In this document: one piece after another, positions 1-12,816 of the stretch
Numbering within the stretch: position 1 is the first letter of the stretch
How the letters are laid out: every line of letters begins with the position of its first letter
Source: Paracidovorax wautersii
GTDB taxonomy: Bacteria > Pseudomonadota > Gammaproteobacteria > Burkholderiales > Burkholderiaceae_C
NCBI GenBank assembly: GCA_009912175.1
Contig: WNDQ01000017.1
Span: 2,402 to 66,401 of the forward strand
Length of the DNA stretch: 64,000 bases
Reading direction: 5' to 3'
Program-made: the position numbers and the translations under genes
The notes under the pieces: generated by a model
Database searches by the model: none
What the model was told of the DNA's origin: nothing
The model's input: only the letters and a program-made list of their open reading frames with translations

Positions 1-1
1 G

Positions 2-996
<995 letters not shown>

Positions 997-1014
997 TTTC
1001 CGAGAGAACACACC

Positions 1015-2352
1015 ATGAATGCCCCCGCTGCTTCCCTGCGTGCGCAGCCGCTGCGCCTGGCCACGGCCTCGGCCTCGTTCGAGGCGGACTTCAAGGCCAG
1101 GCTGCACTGGTCGGCCGACACCGACGCGGCCATCGAGCAGCGTGTGGCCGACATCCTGGCCGACGTGCAGCAGCGCGGCGACGCGGCCGTACTGGAGTAC
1201 ACACGCCGCTTCGACGGCCTGGACGTGGCCAGCATGGGCGCGCTCGAACTGACGGCCGCTGAACTGGCCGCCGCCTTCGACAGCCTGCCCGCCGAACAGC
1301 GCGAGGCCCTGCAGGCGGCCGCGCGGCGCGTACGCAGCTACCACGAGGCCCAGAAGAAGGCCTGCGGCGAAAGCTGGAGCTACCGCGACGAGGACGGCAC
1401 GCTGCTGGGCCAGAAGGTGACGCCGTTGGACCGCGTCGGCATCTATGTGCCGGGCGGCAAGGCCGCCTATCCCTCGTCCGTGCTGATGAACGCGATTCCG
1501 GCGCACGTGGCGGGTGTGGGCGAGATCGTCATGGTCGTGCCCACGCCGCGCGGCGAGAAGAACCCGCTCGTGCTGGCTGCCGCCTACGTGGCCGGTGTCA
1601 CGCGCGCCTTCACCATCGGCGGTGCGCAGGCCGTGGCGGCGCTGGCCTACGGCACCGCGACGGTTCCCAACGTCGACAAGATCACCGGCCCTGGCAACGC
1701 CTATGTGGCGGCGGCCAAGCGCCGTGTCTTCGGCACCGTGGGCATCGACATGATCGCCGGGCCCAGCGAGATCCTGGTGCTGGCCGACGGCAGCACGCCG
1801 GCCGACTGGGTGGCGATGGACCTGTTCTCGCAGGCCGAGCATGACGAACTCGCGCAGAGCATTCTGCTGAGCCCGGACGCGGATTACCTGACGCAGGTCC
1901 AGGCCGCGATCGACCGGCTGCTGCCCAGCCTGCCGCGCGCCGAGATCATCGCCAAAAGCCTCAACGGGCGTGGCGCGCTGATCCACACGCGCAGCATGGA
2001 AGAAGCCTGCGAGATCGCCAACCGCATCGCCCCGGAGCACCTGGAAATCTCCAGCCGCGACCCGCAGCGCTGGGAGCCGCTGCTGCGCCACGCCGGCGCC
2101 ATCTTCATGGGCGCCTACACCAGCGAAAGCCTGGGCGACTACTGCGCCGGTCCCAACCACGTGCTGCCGACCTCGGGCACGGCGCGTTTTTCGAGCCCGC
2201 TGGGCGTCTACGATTTCCAGAAACGCAGCAGCCTGATCGAAGTCAGCGAAGCCGGCGCCCAGACGCTGGGCCGCATCGCCGCCGTGCTGGCCTACGGCGA
2301 AGGGCTGCAGGCGCATGCGCGCGCGGCCGAACTGCGCCTGAAGTCGAACTGA
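1015..2352 (+). CDS. hisD: histidinol dehydrogenase
   Basis: 445 aa; [42 protein letters not shown] motifs. Confidence 0.95.
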   Translation: MNAPAASLRAQPLRLATASASFEADFKARLHWSADTDAAIEQRVADILADVQQRGDAAVLEYTRRFDGLDVASMGALELTAAELAAAFDSLPAEQREALQAAARRVRSYHEAQKKACGESWSYRDEDGTLLGQKVTPLDRVGIYVPGGKAAYPSSVLMNAIPAHVAGVGEIVMVVPTPRGEKNPLVLAAAYVAGVTRAFTIGGAQAVAALAYGTATVPNVDKITGPGNAYVAAAKRRVFGTVGIDMIAGPSEILVLADGSTPADWVAMDLFSQAEHDELAQSILLSPDADYLTQVQAAIDRLLPSLPRAEIIAKSLNGRGALIHTRSMEEACEIANRIAPEHLEISSRDPQRWEPLLRHAGAIFMGAYTSESLGDYCAGPNHVLPTSGTARFSSPLGVYDFQKRSSLIEVSEAGAQTLGRIAAVLAYGEGLQAHARAAELRLKSN

Positions 2353-2565
2353 CGCCGGACAACTGACACCGTTCTGGCGCGGCTGCCCACGGAGCGGCCC
2401 GCCCGTCCGGGTGGAACTTCTGTTTTACCCGAGGCGGTGATTTGCCCTGGGACCGCTGCACGGTGTGGGCTGTGCGCTACGAAATGCGAACACCACCGAC
2501 GCCAGTCGTCAGGCCGTGCGGGCCCGCGCCGCAGGGGAAAAGAGGAATCGGCGACAATACCGGGC

Positions 2566-3162
2566 ATGAACGCCCCGCGCATCGCAGAAGTCTCCCGCAC
2601 CACGGCGGAAACCCAGATCACCGTCAAAGTCAACCTCGACGGCACCGGCCGCGCCACCCTGGCCAGCGGCATCGGCTTTTTCGACCACATGCTCGACCAG
2701 ATCGCCCGCCATGGGCTGATCGACCTCGACGTTCATTGCCAGGGCGACCTGCACATCGACGGCCACCACACGGTGGAAGACGTCGGCATCACGCTGGGCC
2801 AGGCCGTGGCCCAGGCGGTGGGCGACAAGAAGGGCATCCGCCGCTACGGCCATGCCTACGTGCCGCTCGACGAGGCGCTCAGCCGTGTCGTCATCGATTT
2901 CTCGGGCCGTCCCGGCCTGCAGTTCCACGTGCCCTTCACCAGCGGCATGGTTGGCGCCTTCGACACGCAACTGGCCTACGAATTCTTCCAGGGCTTTGCC
3001 AACCACGCGGGCGTGACGCTGCACATCGACAACCTGCGCGGCATCAACGCCCACCACCAGGCCGAGACGGTGTTCAAGGCCTTTGCGCGCGCGCTGCGCG
3101 CCGCACTCGAATTCGATCCGCGCAACGCGGGCGTGATTCCGTCGACCAAGGGCTCGCTGTGA
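2566..3162 (+). CDS. hisB: imidazoleglycerol-phosphate dehydratase
   Basis: Internal ATG at 2566 chosen ([18 protein letters not shown]...). [16 protein letters not shown] and [11 protein letters not shown] motifs. The upstream part of ORF 2437 is Arg/Pro-rich junk. Confidence 0.9.
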   Translation: MNAPRIAEVSRTTAETQITVKVNLDGTGRATLASGIGFFDHMLDQIARHGLIDLDVHCQGDLHIDGHHTVEDVGITLGQAVAQAVGDKKGIRRYGHAYVPLDEALSRVVIDFSGRPGLQFHVPFTSGMVGAFDTQLAYEFFQGFANHAGVTLHIDNLRGINAHHQAETVFKAFARALRAALEFDPRNAGVIPSTKGSL

Positions 3163-3216
3163 GCCTGGCCTGTTTCCCCTGGTGATCGCGCTTCAGATAT
3201 TTCCGGCTCAGCAGCT

Positions 3217-3873
3217 ATGAATTCAGGTAACAAAACCGTGGCCGTCGTGGACTACGGCATGGGCAATCTGCGCTCGGTGTCGCAGGCCGTCAAGGTCGCC
3301 GCCCAGGGCAGCGGCTACGACGTGATGGTCAGCAGCGACGCCGACGTGGTGCGCCGCGCCGAGCGCATCGTGCTGCCCGGCCAGGGCGCCATGCGCGACT
3401 GCATGCGCGAGCTGCGCGACTCGGGCCTGCTGCCCGTGGTGCTGGAGGCCGCGGCCTCCAAACCCCTGTTCGGCGTGTGCGTGGGCATGCAGATGCTGCT
3501 CGACCACAGTGCCGAGGGCAACACGCCCAGCCTGGGCCTGATTCCGGGCGAGGTCGTCAAGTTCGACCTGGCCGGCCGCTCGCAGGCCGACGGCACGCGC
3601 ATGAAGGTGCCGCAGATGGGCTGGAACCGCGTGCGCCAGTCGCGCCCGCACCCGGTCTGGGGCGAGGTGGCCGACAACAGCTGGTTCTATTTCGTGCACA
3701 GCTACTACGCGCGCCCGCAGTCGGATGCGCACAGTGTGGGCGAGGCCGATTACGGCGGGCGCTTTACCGCAGCGGTCGCTCGCGATAATATTTTTGCCAC
3801 GCAGTTCCACCCGGAGAAAAGCGCCGACCAGGGGCTGGCGCTTTACCGCAATTTCCTTGGATGGCGTCCCTGA
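3217..3873 (+). CDS. hisH: imidazole glycerol phosphate synthase, glutamine amidotransferase subunit
   Basis: 218 aa; [21 protein letters not shown] (nucleophile Cys), [10 protein letters not shown]. Confidence 0.9.
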   Translation: MNSGNKTVAVVDYGMGNLRSVSQAVKVAAQGSGYDVMVSSDADVVRRAERIVLPGQGAMRDCMRELRDSGLLPVVLEAAASKPLFGVCVGMQMLLDHSAEGNTPSLGLIPGEVVKFDLAGRSQADGTRMKVPQMGWNRVRQSRPHPVWGEVADNSWFYFVHSYYARPQSDAHSVGEADYGGRFTAAVARDNIFATQFHPEKSADQGLALYRNFLGWRP

Positions 3874-3984
3874 CGGGTGCCTGGCCGCCCCGCGCGCCGG
3901 CCCCGACAGACCTTTCCACCTTCGTTTTCATGAATCCGGCCGGCAAGCATCTGGCCGTCTCTTGCCTGTAACCTTGAATCCATC

Positions 3985-4731
3985 ATGCTGCTGATTCCCG
4001 CCATCGATTTGAAAGACGGTCAATGCGTACGCCTCAAACAAGGCGACATGGCGCAGTCGACCACCTTTGGTGAAGACCCTGCCGCCATGGCCGCTCAGTG
4101 GCTTGCAGCCGGCGCGCGCCGCCTGCACCTGGTGGATCTGAACGGCGCCTTCGCCGGCAAACCGCAGAACCTGACGGCCATCAAGGCCATCCTCAAGGAA
4201 GTCGGCGGCGAGATCCCGGTGCAGCTGGGGGGCGGCATCCGTGACCTCGACACGATCGAGCAGTACATCGATGCCGGCATCCGCTACGTCATCATCGGCA
4301 CCGCCGCGGTGAAGAACCCCGGTTTCCTGCAGGACGCCTGCAGCGCCTTCGGCGGCCACATCATCGTTGGCCTCGACGCCAAGGACGGCAAGGTTGCCAC
4401 CGACGGCTGGAGCAAGCTCACGGGCCATGAGGTCGTCACGCTGGCCCAGCGCTTCGAGGACTACGGCGTCGAGTCGGTGATCTACACCGACATCGGCCGC
4501 GACGGCATGCTGACCGGCATCAACATCGACGCCACGGTCAAGCTCGCGCAAGCGCTGTCCATTCCCGTGATCGCCTCGGGCGGCCTGGCAGGCATTGCCG
4601 ACATCGAGGCGCTGTGCGGCGTCGAGGACGAAGGCATCGAGGGCGTGATCTGCGGCCGCGCGATCTACTCGGGCGACCTCGACTTCAGCAGCGCGCAAGA
4701 GCGCGCCGACGAACTCTCGAACGCCGAGTAA
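3985..4731 (+). CDS. hisA: 1-(5-phosphoribosyl)-5-[(5-phosphoribosylamino)methylideneamino]imidazole-4-carboxamide isomerase
   Basis: 248 aa; [36 protein letters not shown] motifs. Confidence 0.9.
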   Translation: MLLIPAIDLKDGQCVRLKQGDMAQSTTFGEDPAAMAAQWLAAGARRLHLVDLNGAFAGKPQNLTAIKAILKEVGGEIPVQLGGGIRDLDTIEQYIDAGIRYVIIGTAAVKNPGFLQDACSAFGGHIIVGLDAKDGKVATDGWSKLTGHEVVTLAQRFEDYGVESVIYTDIGRDGMLTGINIDATVKLAQALSIPVIASGGLAGIADIEALCGVEDEGIEGVICGRAIYSGDLDFSSAQERADELSNAE

Positions 4732-4765
4732 GCCGCCACACCGGCCGCTCCCTGCCGCGATCCCT

Positions 4766-5629
4766 TTGCCGGAGTCCTCTCCCATGGCTTTATCGCCGTC
4801 TCGTTTCATCGACTTCCAGGGGCAGCCGGCCACCGAGCTGACCCTGCCTCAGGGCGATCGAGTCGTGGTCCTGCTGCACGGCGGCCAGCCCGTGTCCTGG
4901 CGCACGGCCGACGGCGCCGAGCATCTGTACCTCAGCCCCGCCTCGGCCCTGGACGGCCAGACCGCCGTTCGCGGCGGCGTGCCGTTGTGTTTTCCGCAGT
5001 TCAACACGCGCGGCCCGCTCATCAAGCACGGTTTTGCGCGCAACCTGCCGTGGCAACTTGAAGCGGCCGAGCCCGGCCAACTCGTGCTGGGCCTGCGCAG
5101 CGGCCCCGTCACGCAAGCCTTCTGGGCCGAGCGTTTTTACGCGCAGCTCATCGTTGAACTGACGCCGGGCGAACTGCGCCTGCGCCTGCGCGTGGCCAAC
5201 ACGGGCCCGTCGCCGTGGTCGTTCACCGCCGCGCTGCACAGCTATTTGCAAGTCGGCGACGCCGAGCGCGTGCAACTCGACGGCCTCGACGGCGCGGCGC
5301 GCTGGGATGCCGTGCGCGACCAGCACCTCGTGCAGGACGGCGCGCCGCGTTTCGGCGCCGAGTTCGACAGCGTTTACCAGGCGGTGGCGCAGGCCTTGTC
5401 GCTGACCGAGACGGGGCGGGGCACGCTGCGCATCGCGCAAAGCGACACCTGCCCGCAAACCGTGGTGTGGAACCCGGGGCCGGACCTCAGCCGCAAGCTC
5501 GCCGACCTGCCCGACGACGGCTGGCGCCACATGCTGTGCGTGGAAGCGGCCAGCATCGACGCCCCCGTGCCGCTGGCGCCGGGCCAGACCTGGGAAGGCT
5601 GGCAGCACCTGTCCTGGCGCGCCGCCTGA
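4766..5629 (+). CDS. aldose 1-epimerase family protein (D-hexose-6-phosphate mutarotase-like)
   Basis: 287 aa; [11 protein letters not shown]...HGFARNLPW pattern typical of YeaD-type mutarotases. Sits between hisA and hisF. The start could instead be the ATG at 4784. Confidence 0.7.
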   Translation: MPESSPMALSPSRFIDFQGQPATELTLPQGDRVVVLLHGGQPVSWRTADGAEHLYLSPASALDGQTAVRGGVPLCFPQFNTRGPLIKHGFARNLPWQLEAAEPGQLVLGLRSGPVTQAFWAERFYAQLIVELTPGELRLRLRVANTGPSPWSFTAALHSYLQVGDAERVQLDGLDGAARWDAVRDQHLVQDGAPRFGAEFDSVYQAVAQALSLTETGRGTLRIAQSDTCPQTVVWNPGPDLSRKLADLPDDGWRHMLCVEAASIDAPVPLAPGQTWEGWQHLSWRAA

Positions 5630-5678
5630 CCTTTTCCGACCTTCCGGCGGACCCGTCCGCCTTTCGATCTCTCCCACT

Positions 5679-6458
5679 ATGCTCGCCAAACGAATCATTC
5701 CCTGCCTGGACGTCACCGGCGGTCGCGTCGTCAAGGGCGTGAACTTCCTCGAACTGCGCGACGCGGGCGACCCGGTCGAAATCGCCGCACGCTACAACGA
5801 GCAGGGCGCCGACGAACTCACCTTCCTCGACATCACCGCCACCAGCGACGAGTGCGACGTGACCCTGCCCATCATCGAAGCCGTTGCCTCGCAGGTCTTC
5901 ATCCCGCTGACCGTGGGCGGCGGCGTGCGCACCGTGGCCGACGTGCGGCGCCTGCTCAACGCGGGCGCGGACAAGACCAGCTTCAACTCGGCGGCCATCG
6001 CCAACCCGCAGGTCATCACCGACGCGGCCGACAAGTACGGCTCGCAATGCATCGTCGTCGCCATCGACGCCAAGCGACGCCAGGGCGACGACCTGCTGCA
6101 GCGTGGCGAGGGCTGGGACGTCTACAGCCACGGCGGGCGCAAGAACACCGGCCTGGACGCCGTGCAATGGGCCACCGAAATGGCGCGCCGCGGCGCCGGT
6201 GAGATCCTACTGACCAGCATGGACCGCGACGGCACCAAGAGCGGGTTCGACCTGGCGCTCACACGCGCCGTGAGCGATGCCGTGGCCGTGCCCGTCATTG
6301 CCTCGGGCGGTGTGGGCAACCTCGACCACCTGGCCGACGGCGTGCAGCAAGGCGGCGCCGACGCCGTGCTGGCCGCCAGCATCTTCCACTATGGCGAGTA
6401 CACCGTGGCCCAGGCCAAGGCACGCATGGCCGAGCGTGGGATCACGGTGCGGCTCTGA
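5679..6458 (+). CDS. hisF: imidazole glycerol phosphate synthase, cyclase subunit
   Basis: 259 aa; [38 protein letters not shown] motifs. Confidence 0.95.
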   Translation: MLAKRIIPCLDVTGGRVVKGVNFLELRDAGDPVEIAARYNEQGADELTFLDITATSDECDVTLPIIEAVASQVFIPLTVGGGVRTVADVRRLLNAGADKTSFNSAAIANPQVITDAADKYGSQCIVVAIDAKRRQGDDLLQRGEGWDVYSHGGRKNTGLDAVQWATEMARRGAGEILLTSMDRDGTKSGFDLALTRAVSDAVAVPVIASGGVGNLDHLADGVQQGGADAVLAASIFHYGEYTVAQAKARMAERGITVRL

Positions 6459-6498
6459 ATGGTGTCGCAGATGCTGCGATATGTCTCATCCCAACGAA

Positions 6499-6610
6499 GG
6501 GGCAGGGACGGGCAAGCATCCGTCGGAGTGAAGTCAAGGGGGAATGTGCTGGCCGCAAGGCCAGCGCAGGAGGACATGAACGCAGGCGGGTACCTGCCCG
6601 TCCCTGCCCC
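6499..6610. repeat. structured intergenic element: perfect 16-bp inverted repeat enclosing a GC hairpin
   Basis: GGGGCAGGGACGGGCA (6499-6514) is the exact reverse complement of TGCCCGTCCCTGCCCC (6595-6610). Inside lies CTGGCC-GCAA-GGCCAG (6549-6564). Located between convergent hisF and the racemase gene. Confidence 0.55.
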
Positions 6611-6622
6611 GTGCTCGCAATC

Positions 6623-6646
6623 GCAGCCGCAGCCGCAGCCGCAGCC
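6623..6646. repeat. (GCAGCC)x4 hexanucleotide repeat flanked by a 7-bp inverted repeat
   Basis: Four exact GCAGCC units. GCTCGCA (6613-6619) and TGCGAGC (6648-6654) flank them. Confidence 0.9.
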
Positions 6647-6661
6647 GTGCGAGCCGCCGTC

Positions 6662-7378
6662 TCAATCCAGCCCGTAGGCCTTGCGCGCCAATGCCATCGC
6701 CAGAATGGCCGACGGGTCGACCAGCGTCCAGCCCGCCGCCTCGGGCGCAAAGGGCAAAGCCAGCGGAATCTCGGTGCAGGCCATGACCAGCGGCACGTCG
6801 CCGTGGCGCGCGCGCAGCGCCGCACCGACCTCGACAAAACGGCGCTGGGCCAACGCGACATCACCTGCCTTCACGCCCTGGTAGATGCCTTCCATCAGCC
6901 ACACACGCTCCGTCTCGGACGGCAGAATGCAAGCCACACCATGCACCTCGAACGCCTGGTCATACAGCCCCATGCGATACGTGCCCTGCGTGGCCAGCAG
7001 CACGGCCTGGGCATGGCCCTGGCGGCGCAGCTCGGCCACCGTCTCATCGGCAATGTGCAGCAACTGCACGCCCGCGTGAATGGCCTGCAGCCGGCCATGC
7101 CAGGCATGCGCGGTGTTGCAGGAGATCGCCACCGCACGCGCACCCAGCCCGATGAGCTGGCCCAGCGCCCGCGACATCGCGTCCAGCGGCTGGGCCGCGC
7201 TCGCATCGGCCAGCGCCGTCGTGCGGTCGACCACCGGCACCTGGGCCAGCCAGTGTTCGGGAAATGCCTGATCGCGGATCGGCTGCGCGTGCGCGCGCAG
7301 GCAGGTCTCGCAGGCCTGCAGGAACAGGCGCGCAAAGTCGACGCCTGCGGCCGGTCCCATGCCGGCCAGGATGCCCAC
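6662..7378 (-). CDS. aspartate/glutamate racemase family protein (aspartate racemase-like)
   Basis: 238 aa; MGILAGMGPAAGVDF..., two catalytic-Cys boxes ISCNTAHAW and ACTEIPL. Confidence 0.8.
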   Translation of the reverse strand: MGILAGMGPAAGVDFARLFLQACETCLRAHAQPIRDQAFPEHWLAQVPVVDRTTALADASAAQPLDAMSRALGQLIGLGARAVAISCNTAHAWHGRLQAIHAGVQLLHIADETVAELRRQGHAQAVLLATQGTYRMGLYDQAFEVHGVACILPSETERVWLMEGIYQGVKAGDVALAQRRFVEVGAALRARHGDVPLVMACTEIPLALPFAPEAAGWTLVDPSAILAMALARKAYGLD

Positions 7379-7468
7379 GGTGGCAGGGTGATCGAACGAA
7401 GCGCGAGGGGATGCAGTTATCTCGAATTCTTTCTGGCCCCAAGCGCTGCAGGCGCTTCGGGGGGCGTC

Positions 7469-8287
7469 CTATCTCAACAGACTGGACATTGCGGAGAGGC
7501 AGTTGATCATGCGCACTGCCGCCTCGGTGTCCGGTGCGGTGAAGTGTAATTCGTCGCCGCCCGTGCGCTCGAGCGTGGGCCACTGGCAGAACAGATCGGC
7601 CTGCGCGGGCGTCTGCGTCTGCAGCCGCACCTGGACCGGCCCCTCGATGATGAACGGCCGGGCCTTGGCGCCCAGTGCCATCGCATCGCGCACGCCGTCG
7701 CGGATGGCCGCGCACGACTGCGTGGGCGACAGGCTGATGCCGCTGTTCATGCCGGTGGCGCGTTTGGTCTGCACAAAACGGGTGTGCGGAAAGAGCGGCC
7801 GGTTCTCGTCGATGAACACGTCGTCGCCCGAGGCCATGAGCACCGGCACGCCGTAGGCGCCGGCCAGCGCGCCGTACAGGCCCGCCTCGCCCAGCTCGCG
7901 GCCGTTGAGTTCGATGCGTGCGAACGCAAAGCTGTTGATCGTGTGGGCCAGGATGCCGCGGCCCTGGGCGCGTGAGTGGTAACCGACGAAACACACGCCG
8001 TCGACGCCCAGCTCCACGCCCGAAACCATGCTCAGGTAGCGCGGCTTGCCCTGGATGACCTGGGCGCGTTCGTCGAGCAGGTCGGGCGGCATGTTGCGAA
8101 AGCCGCCGTGCGAGTCGTTGACGTAGACCTCGGTGGCGCCACCGTCGAAGGCGCCGGCCACGGCGGCGCTGGCCTCGGCGGCCATCAGGCGGCGCGCGTT
8201 TTCGTATTCGGCATTGCCGGCACGCACCTGTTCCGGGTGGTAGACGCCGGCCACGCCTTCGATGTCGACGGAGATCAGGATCTTCAT
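7469..8287 (-). CDS. M55 family D-aminopeptidase (DppA-like)
   Basis: ATG at 8287 chosen: MKILISVDIEGVAGV...VNDSHGG...HSRAQG. Upstream ORF extension is Arg/Pro junk. Confidence 0.8.
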   Translation of the reverse strand: MKILISVDIEGVAGVYHPEQVRAGNAEYENARRLMAAEASAAVAGAFDGGATEVYVNDSHGGFRNMPPDLLDERAQVIQGKPRYLSMVSGVELGVDGVCFVGYHSRAQGRGILAHTINSFAFARIELNGRELGEAGLYGALAGAYGVPVLMASGDDVFIDENRPLFPHTRFVQTKRATGMNSGISLSPTQSCAAIRDGVRDAMALGAKARPFIIEGPVQVRLQTQTPAQADLFCQWPTLERTGGDELHFTAPDTEAAVRMINCLSAMSSLLR

Positions 8288-8337
8288 GATGGGAGCAGCA
8301 AAAAAACTGGAAAAAAACAGAGGAACGTCGTGCGTCG

Positions 8338-9306
8338 TCAGCGCCGTGGCGCCAGCAGGTCGCGCAACGCGGCACGCCGATGGCCGTTGCGCCCGGCGAC
8401 GGCCTGGGCATGCCACAGCGCATGCACGATGGCTTGTTCCACGCTGTCGGCGGCGGCCTGGAACAGACCGTCGAGCTGGGTTTCGTGCAGCAGCGTGACG
8501 GCCGGCATGGGGCGCTCGGGCAGGTGCGGCAGGGTGTAGGCGGTGGAGAACGCGAGCGCGATGTCGCCGCTGCCATGGCCGTAGACCGAACCGGTGCGCG
8601 CCAGGCCCACGCCCGCGCGCAGCGCCAGGCGGCCGAGCTGGCGTGCGTCCAGCGGCGCGTCGGTGGCCAGCACCATGATGATGGAGCCCTTTTCGGTGGC
8701 GCCGGCCTGTGCGTGCGCTTCGTCGTCGATCCGCTTGGCCAGTTGGGCGTCCACGGCCTGGCCGCCCCACAGCAGGTTGGGCAGCAGGCCGTAGTTGGCC
8801 AGCACCAGCGCACCCACGGTGAAACTGCCGCCGTGGCGCAGCGGCACGCGGCGCGAGGCGCTGCCGATGCCGCCCTTGAGCTGGAAACTCGACATGCCGC
8901 GCCCGGCGCCGACCGCACCCTGCGCGAAGTCCGTGCCGGCCGCCGCCAGCGCAGGCTGGCCGCGGCCGGTCTCGGGGTTGTGCGCGGCGCAGTCGCGGAT
9001 CTGCGCCTGCGACAGGGTCGGCACCGAAAACGTGTTGGTCAGGGCAATCGGGGTTTCGAGCTGACCCAGTTCTTCGAGCTGGACCAGCCCGACGCTCTTG
9101 CCAAAGCCGTTGATCACGGCCAGGCCCGCCGGCACCTTGTCGCGGTAAGGGTCGCCGGCGTGCGGGCGGATCACGGTCACGCCGGTCTGCACGTCGCCCT
9201 CGTCGCGCGTGACGTGGCCAACCGTGACGCCGGACACGTCGGTGATGGCGTCGAGCGGGCCCGCGGCCAGGCGGCCGATGCGCGGCGGGGAGGCGGGTGT
9301 GCTCAT
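8338..9306 (-). CDS. P1/S58 family peptidase (DmpA/BapA-type L-aminopeptidase/D-esterase-like)
   Basis: ATG at 9306: [31 protein letters not shown]...NGFGK...[26 protein letters not shown]. Its ATG overlaps the stop of the upstream permease gene (ATGA). Confidence 0.75.
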   Translation of the reverse strand: MSTPASPPRIGRLAAGPLDAITDVSGVTVGHVTRDEGDVQTGVTVIRPHAGDPYRDKVPAGLAVINGFGKSVGLVQLEELGQLETPIALTNTFSVPTLSQAQIRDCAAHNPETGRGQPALAAAGTDFAQGAVGAGRGMSSFQLKGGIGSASRRVPLRHGGSFTVGALVLANYGLLPNLLWGGQAVDAQLAKRIDDEAHAQAGATEKGSIIMVLATDAPLDARQLGRLALRAGVGLARTGSVYGHGSGDIALAFSTAYTLPHLPERPMPAVTLLHETQLDGLFQAAADSVEQAIVHALWHAQAVAGRNGHRRAALRDLLAPRR

Positions 9307-10256
9307 GACTGCCGGTCGATCTTGGGGTCGAGCGCGTCGCGCAGGCCGTCGCCCAGCAGGTTGAAGGCCAGCACCGTCAGGAAGATCGCCAGGCTGGGAA
9401 ACAGCGCCACGTGCGGCGCGTTGACCATGTCCGCGCGTGCTTCGTTGAGCATGGCGCCCCACTCGGGCGTGGGCGGTTGCGCGCCCATGCCCAGGAAGGA
9501 CAGGCTGGCCGCCGTGATGATGGACGTGCCCACGCGCATGGTGAAGTACACGACGATGGACGAGATGGTGCTCGGCAGGATGTGGCGCGTGATGATGGTC
9601 CAGTCCGAGGCGCCGATGCTGCGCGCCGACTCGATGTAGGTCATCTGCTTGAGCACCAGCGTGTTGCCGCGCACCAGGCGCGCGAAGGCCGGCACGCTGA
9701 AGACCGCCACGGCCACGATCACGTTGGTCATGCTGCTGCCCAGGATGGCGACCACGCCCAGCGCCAGCAGGATGCCGGGGAAGGCGAACAGCACGTCCGA
9801 GATGCGCATGACGATGCGGTCCCACCAGCCCTCGTAGTAGCCGGCCAGCAGGCCCAGCGCGGTGCCGATCACGCAGCCCACCAGCACCGACAGGAAGCCG
9901 GCGGCCAGCGAGATGCGCGCGCCCATCAGGATGCGGCTGAAGATGTCGCGCCCCAGCGGGTCCACGCCGAACCAGTGCAGGACCGAGGGGCCGTCGTTGA
10001 GGCGGTCGTAGTCGAAGAAGTTCTCGGCGTCGTAGGGCACGAGGTAGGGCGCGAAGACCGCGGCGGCGACCAGCAGCAGCACAAAAACCAGCGCGGCCAT
10101 GGCCACGTGCTGCTTTTTGAACTTGCGCCAGAACTCGCGCCAGGGGGTGCGGATGGGAGCCAGGGTGCCGCTGGCCGCGGCGTGCGCGGCGGGGCCGACA
10201 GAGGCGGCGGCCATCTGGGCGGCGTCGGGCGGGGTGGGAATGGAAGGCGTCGTCAT
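9303..10256 (-). CDS. gsiD: peptide ABC transporter permease (DppC/GsiD type)
   Basis: 317 aa, multi-TM; the LGxDxxGRD motif ([14 protein letters not shown]) and the binding-protein-dependent transport signature. Confidence 0.85.
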   Translation of the reverse strand: MTTPSIPTPPDAAQMAAASVGPAAHAAASGTLAPIRTPWREFWRKFKKQHVAMAALVFVLLLVAAAVFAPYLVPYDAENFFDYDRLNDGPSVLHWFGVDPLGRDIFSRILMGARISLAAGFLSVLVGCVIGTALGLLAGYYEGWWDRIVMRISDVLFAFPGILLALGVVAILGSSMTNVIVAVAVFSVPAFARLVRGNTLVLKQMTYIESARSIGASDWTIITRHILPSTISSIVVYFTMRVGTSIITAASLSFLGMGAQPPTPEWGAMLNEARADMVNAPHVALFPSLAIFLTVLAFNLLGDGLRDALDPKIDRQS

Positions 10257-10263
10257 GGCCGGA

Positions 10264-11184
10264 TTACTTGTAGCGGATGGTCGGGTTGATGAGGCCGTAG
10301 AGCATGTCGACCACCAGGTTGATCAGGATGAACTCGAGCGAGAACAGCAGCACCAGCGTCTGGATCACCGGGTAGTCGCGCATGGTCACGGCGTCGACCA
10401 GCAGGCGGCCCAGGCCGGGCCAGTTGAAGACGGCCTCGACCACGATGGAGCCGCCCAGCAGAAAGCCGAACTGCAGGCCCATCATGGTGACCACGGGAAT
10501 CAGCGCGTTGCGCAGGCAGTGCTTGAGGATGACGGTGCGCTCGTTCAGTCCCTTGGCGCGCGCGGTGCGCACGAAGTCGTCCTGCACCACCTCGACGAAG
10601 GAGGCGCGGGTGAAGCGCGCCATGACGGCGGCGACTGCCGCGCCCAGCGTGAGCGAGGGCAGGATGTAGTGCTGCCAGGTGGCCGCGCCCACGGTGGGCA
10701 GCCAGCCCAGTTGCACCGAGAACACCTGCATCAGCACCATGCCCAGCGCAAAGGACGGAAACGAAATGCCCGAGACGGCCACCGTCATGCCCAGCCGGTC
10801 GGGCCAGCGGTTGCGGTAGACCGCCGAGACGATGCCGATGGCCATGCCGAAGATCACCGACCAGGCCATGCTGGTGACGGTGAGCATCAGCGTGGGCATG
10901 AAGCGCTCGCCGATCTCGGTGGCAACGGGGCGACGTGTGCGGATCGAGGTGCCGAAGTCGCCCTGCACCATGTGCTTGAAGAAGGTGACGAACTGCTCGG
11001 GCAGCGGTTTGTCCAGGCCCAGTTCCTGGCGCACGAGTTGCACGGTGGCTTCGTCGGCGTCCTGGCCGGCGGCCAGGCGTGCGGGGTCGCCAGGCAGCAT
11101 GTGAACGAACAGGAACACCAGGACCGCCACGATCAGCAGCGTGGGCAGAAGTCCCAGCAGTCGTTTGAGAAAGTAGTTCAGCAT
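10264..11184 (-). CDS. gsiC: peptide ABC transporter permease (DppB/GsiC type)
   Basis: 306 aa; [18 protein letters not shown]-terminus and ARAKGL motif typical of DppB/OppB. Confidence 0.85.
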   Translation of the reverse strand: MLNYFLKRLLGLLPTLLIVAVLVFLFVHMLPGDPARLAAGQDADEATVQLVRQELGLDKPLPEQFVTFFKHMVQGDFGTSIRTRRPVATEIGERFMPTLMLTVTSMAWSVIFGMAIGIVSAVYRNRWPDRLGMTVAVSGISFPSFALGMVLMQVFSVQLGWLPTVGAATWQHYILPSLTLGAAVAAVMARFTRASFVEVVQDDFVRTARAKGLNERTVILKHCLRNALIPVVTMMGLQFGFLLGGSIVVEAVFNWPGLGRLLVDAVTMRDYPVIQTLVLLFSLEFILINLVVDMLYGLINPTIRYK

Positions 11185-11265
11185 GAAAGCAGCGCTGCCA
11201 TGCGCAGCGGTGTGGGAAAACGGGAAAGAAGGCCCCGGCGGCGGCGCGCGGGGCCTTGGGGCTGC

Positions 11266-12816
11266 TTACTTCAGCGAGATCTCGTCGCTGTTGATGTTGC
11301 CGTCGGGCATCACGTACACGCCCGACAGGCGCTTGGCGTGGGCGTAGAGCACGTCTTCCGTCACCAGCGGGATGCGCGGCAGGTCCTTGGCGAGCTGCTC
11401 CTGCGCGGTCTTGTAGAGCGCGGCCCGCTCGGCGCTGTCGGTGGTGACCAGGGCCTTGGCCACGGCGTCATCGAACAACGGGTTGCTGTAGAAGGCGTAG
11501 TTGGCCAGCTTGGGCGCCCAGGACTCGGTCGAGAACAGCGGGCGCAGCGCCCAGTCGGCCTCGCCGGTGGACGAGGACCAGCCCACGTAGTGCATGCGCA
11601 GCTTGGAGGTCTTGGGATCGGGCCAGGCGTCGACCAGCTCCACACGTTTGCCGGGCTCCAGTGCTTCCACCGTGACCTTGATGCCCACCTGCTGCAGTTG
11701 CTGCTGCAGGAACTGGATCACCTTCTGGCTGGTGGTGTTGTTGTAGTGGCTCCACAGCGTGGACTCGAAGCCGTTGGGGTAGCCGGCTTCCTTGAGCAGT
11801 TCCTTGGCCTTGGCCACGTTGTAGGGAATGGGCTGCATCTTCACCGCGTATTCCACACCCTGCGGCACGAAGCCCTGGGCCGCGAAGGCGTAGCCGTTGA
11901 AGGCCACCTTGGCCAGTGCTTCCTTGTTGATGGCGTAGCCGATGGCCTCGCGCACCTTGGGGTTGTCGAAGGGCTTTTGCAGGTTGTTGAATGTCAGGAA
12001 GCGCTGGATGATGGACGGCGCGGACACGACCTCCACCTTGTCGCTCTGCTTGAGCGCGGCGATCTGCTCATAGGGCAGCGTGAAGGCGAAGTCGGCCTCG
12101 CCCGTCTGCAGCATGGCGGCGCGGGTGTTGTTCTCGGTCACGGGCTTCCAGGTGATCTGGTCGATCTTGGGGTAGCCCTTCTTCCAGTAGCCATCGAACT
12201 TCTTGCCGACGATGGCCTCGGTCTGCTTCCATTCGACGAACTCGAAAGGACCGGTGCCCACGGGGTGGAAGGCGATGTCCTTGCTGCCCCACTTGGCCAG
12301 CGCCGCGGGCGAAATCATGGCGGCCGAGGCGTGGCCCAGCGCATTGATGAAGGGGCCGAAGGGCTCCTTGAGCGTGATGCGCAGGGTTTGCGGATTCACG
12401 GCCTCGACCTTGGCCACGCGGTTGAACTGGTTGGCGCGCAGCAGGCGGTTGGCCGGGTCCATCACGCGGTCGAGGTTGGCCTTGGCCGCGGCGGCGTTGA
12501 AGTCGGTGCCGTCATGGAACTTCACGCCCTGGCGCAGCTTGAAGGTGTAGACCAGGCCGTCCTTGGACACGTCGTAGCTCTCGGCCAGCACGTTCTTGAG
12601 CTTCATGTCCTTGTCGAAGGCGAACAGGCCTTCGTAGAAGCTCTTGGTCACGGCCGTGGTGATGGTCGTGTTCGTGTTGTAGGGGTCCAGCGTCTCGGGC
12701 TGCTGGTAGATGGCCAGCACGGCATTGCCGGCCGCGAATGCCGAAGCGGAACAGGCCAGGGCGGCCAGCGCCAGCAGGCTGGCGGCGACGCGGTGGGTCG
12801 GGGTCGATTTCTTCAT
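11266..12816 (-). CDS. gsiB: ABC transporter substrate-binding protein, family 5 (peptide/glutathione)
   Basis: 516 aa with a signal peptide (LLALAALACSASAFA). SBP_bac_5-like sequence throughout. Confidence 0.85.
   Translation of the reverse strand: MKKSTPTHRVAASLLALAALACSASAFAAGNAVLAIYQQPETLDPYNTNTTITTAVTKSFYEGLFAFDKDMKLKNVLAESYDVSKDGLVYTFKLRQGVKFHDGTDFNAAAAKANLDRVMDPANRLLRANQFNRVAKVEAVNPQTLRITLKEPFGPFINALGHASAAMISPAALAKWGSKDIAFHPVGTGPFEFVEWKQTEAIVGKKFDGYWKKGYPKIDQITWKPVTENNTRAAMLQTGEADFAFTLPYEQIAALKQSDKVEVVSAPSIIQRFLTFNNLQKPFDNPKVREAIGYAINKEALAKVAFNGYAFAAQGFVPQGVEYAVKMQPIPYNVAKAKELLKEAGYPNGFESTLWSHYNNTTSQKVIQFLQQQLQQVGIKVTVEALEPGKRVELVDAWPDPKTSKLRMHYVGWSSSTGEADWALRPLFSTESWAPKLANYAFYSNPLFDDAVAKALVTTDSAERAALYKTAQEQLAKDLPRIPLVTEDVLYAHAKRLSGVYVMPDGNINSDEISLK

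Noticed and set aside
6623-6646. Short direct repeats as a possible CRISPR array
   Set aside because: These are contiguous 6-nt units with no spacers. No cas genes or 25-40 nt repeat-spacer periodicity occur anywhere in the window.
6459-6677. 72-aa ORF ending in SQSQPQPQPQP
   Set aside because: The Pro-Gln run is just the (GCAGCC)x4 repeat read in frame. The ORF lies in a structured intergenic spacer with no RBS.
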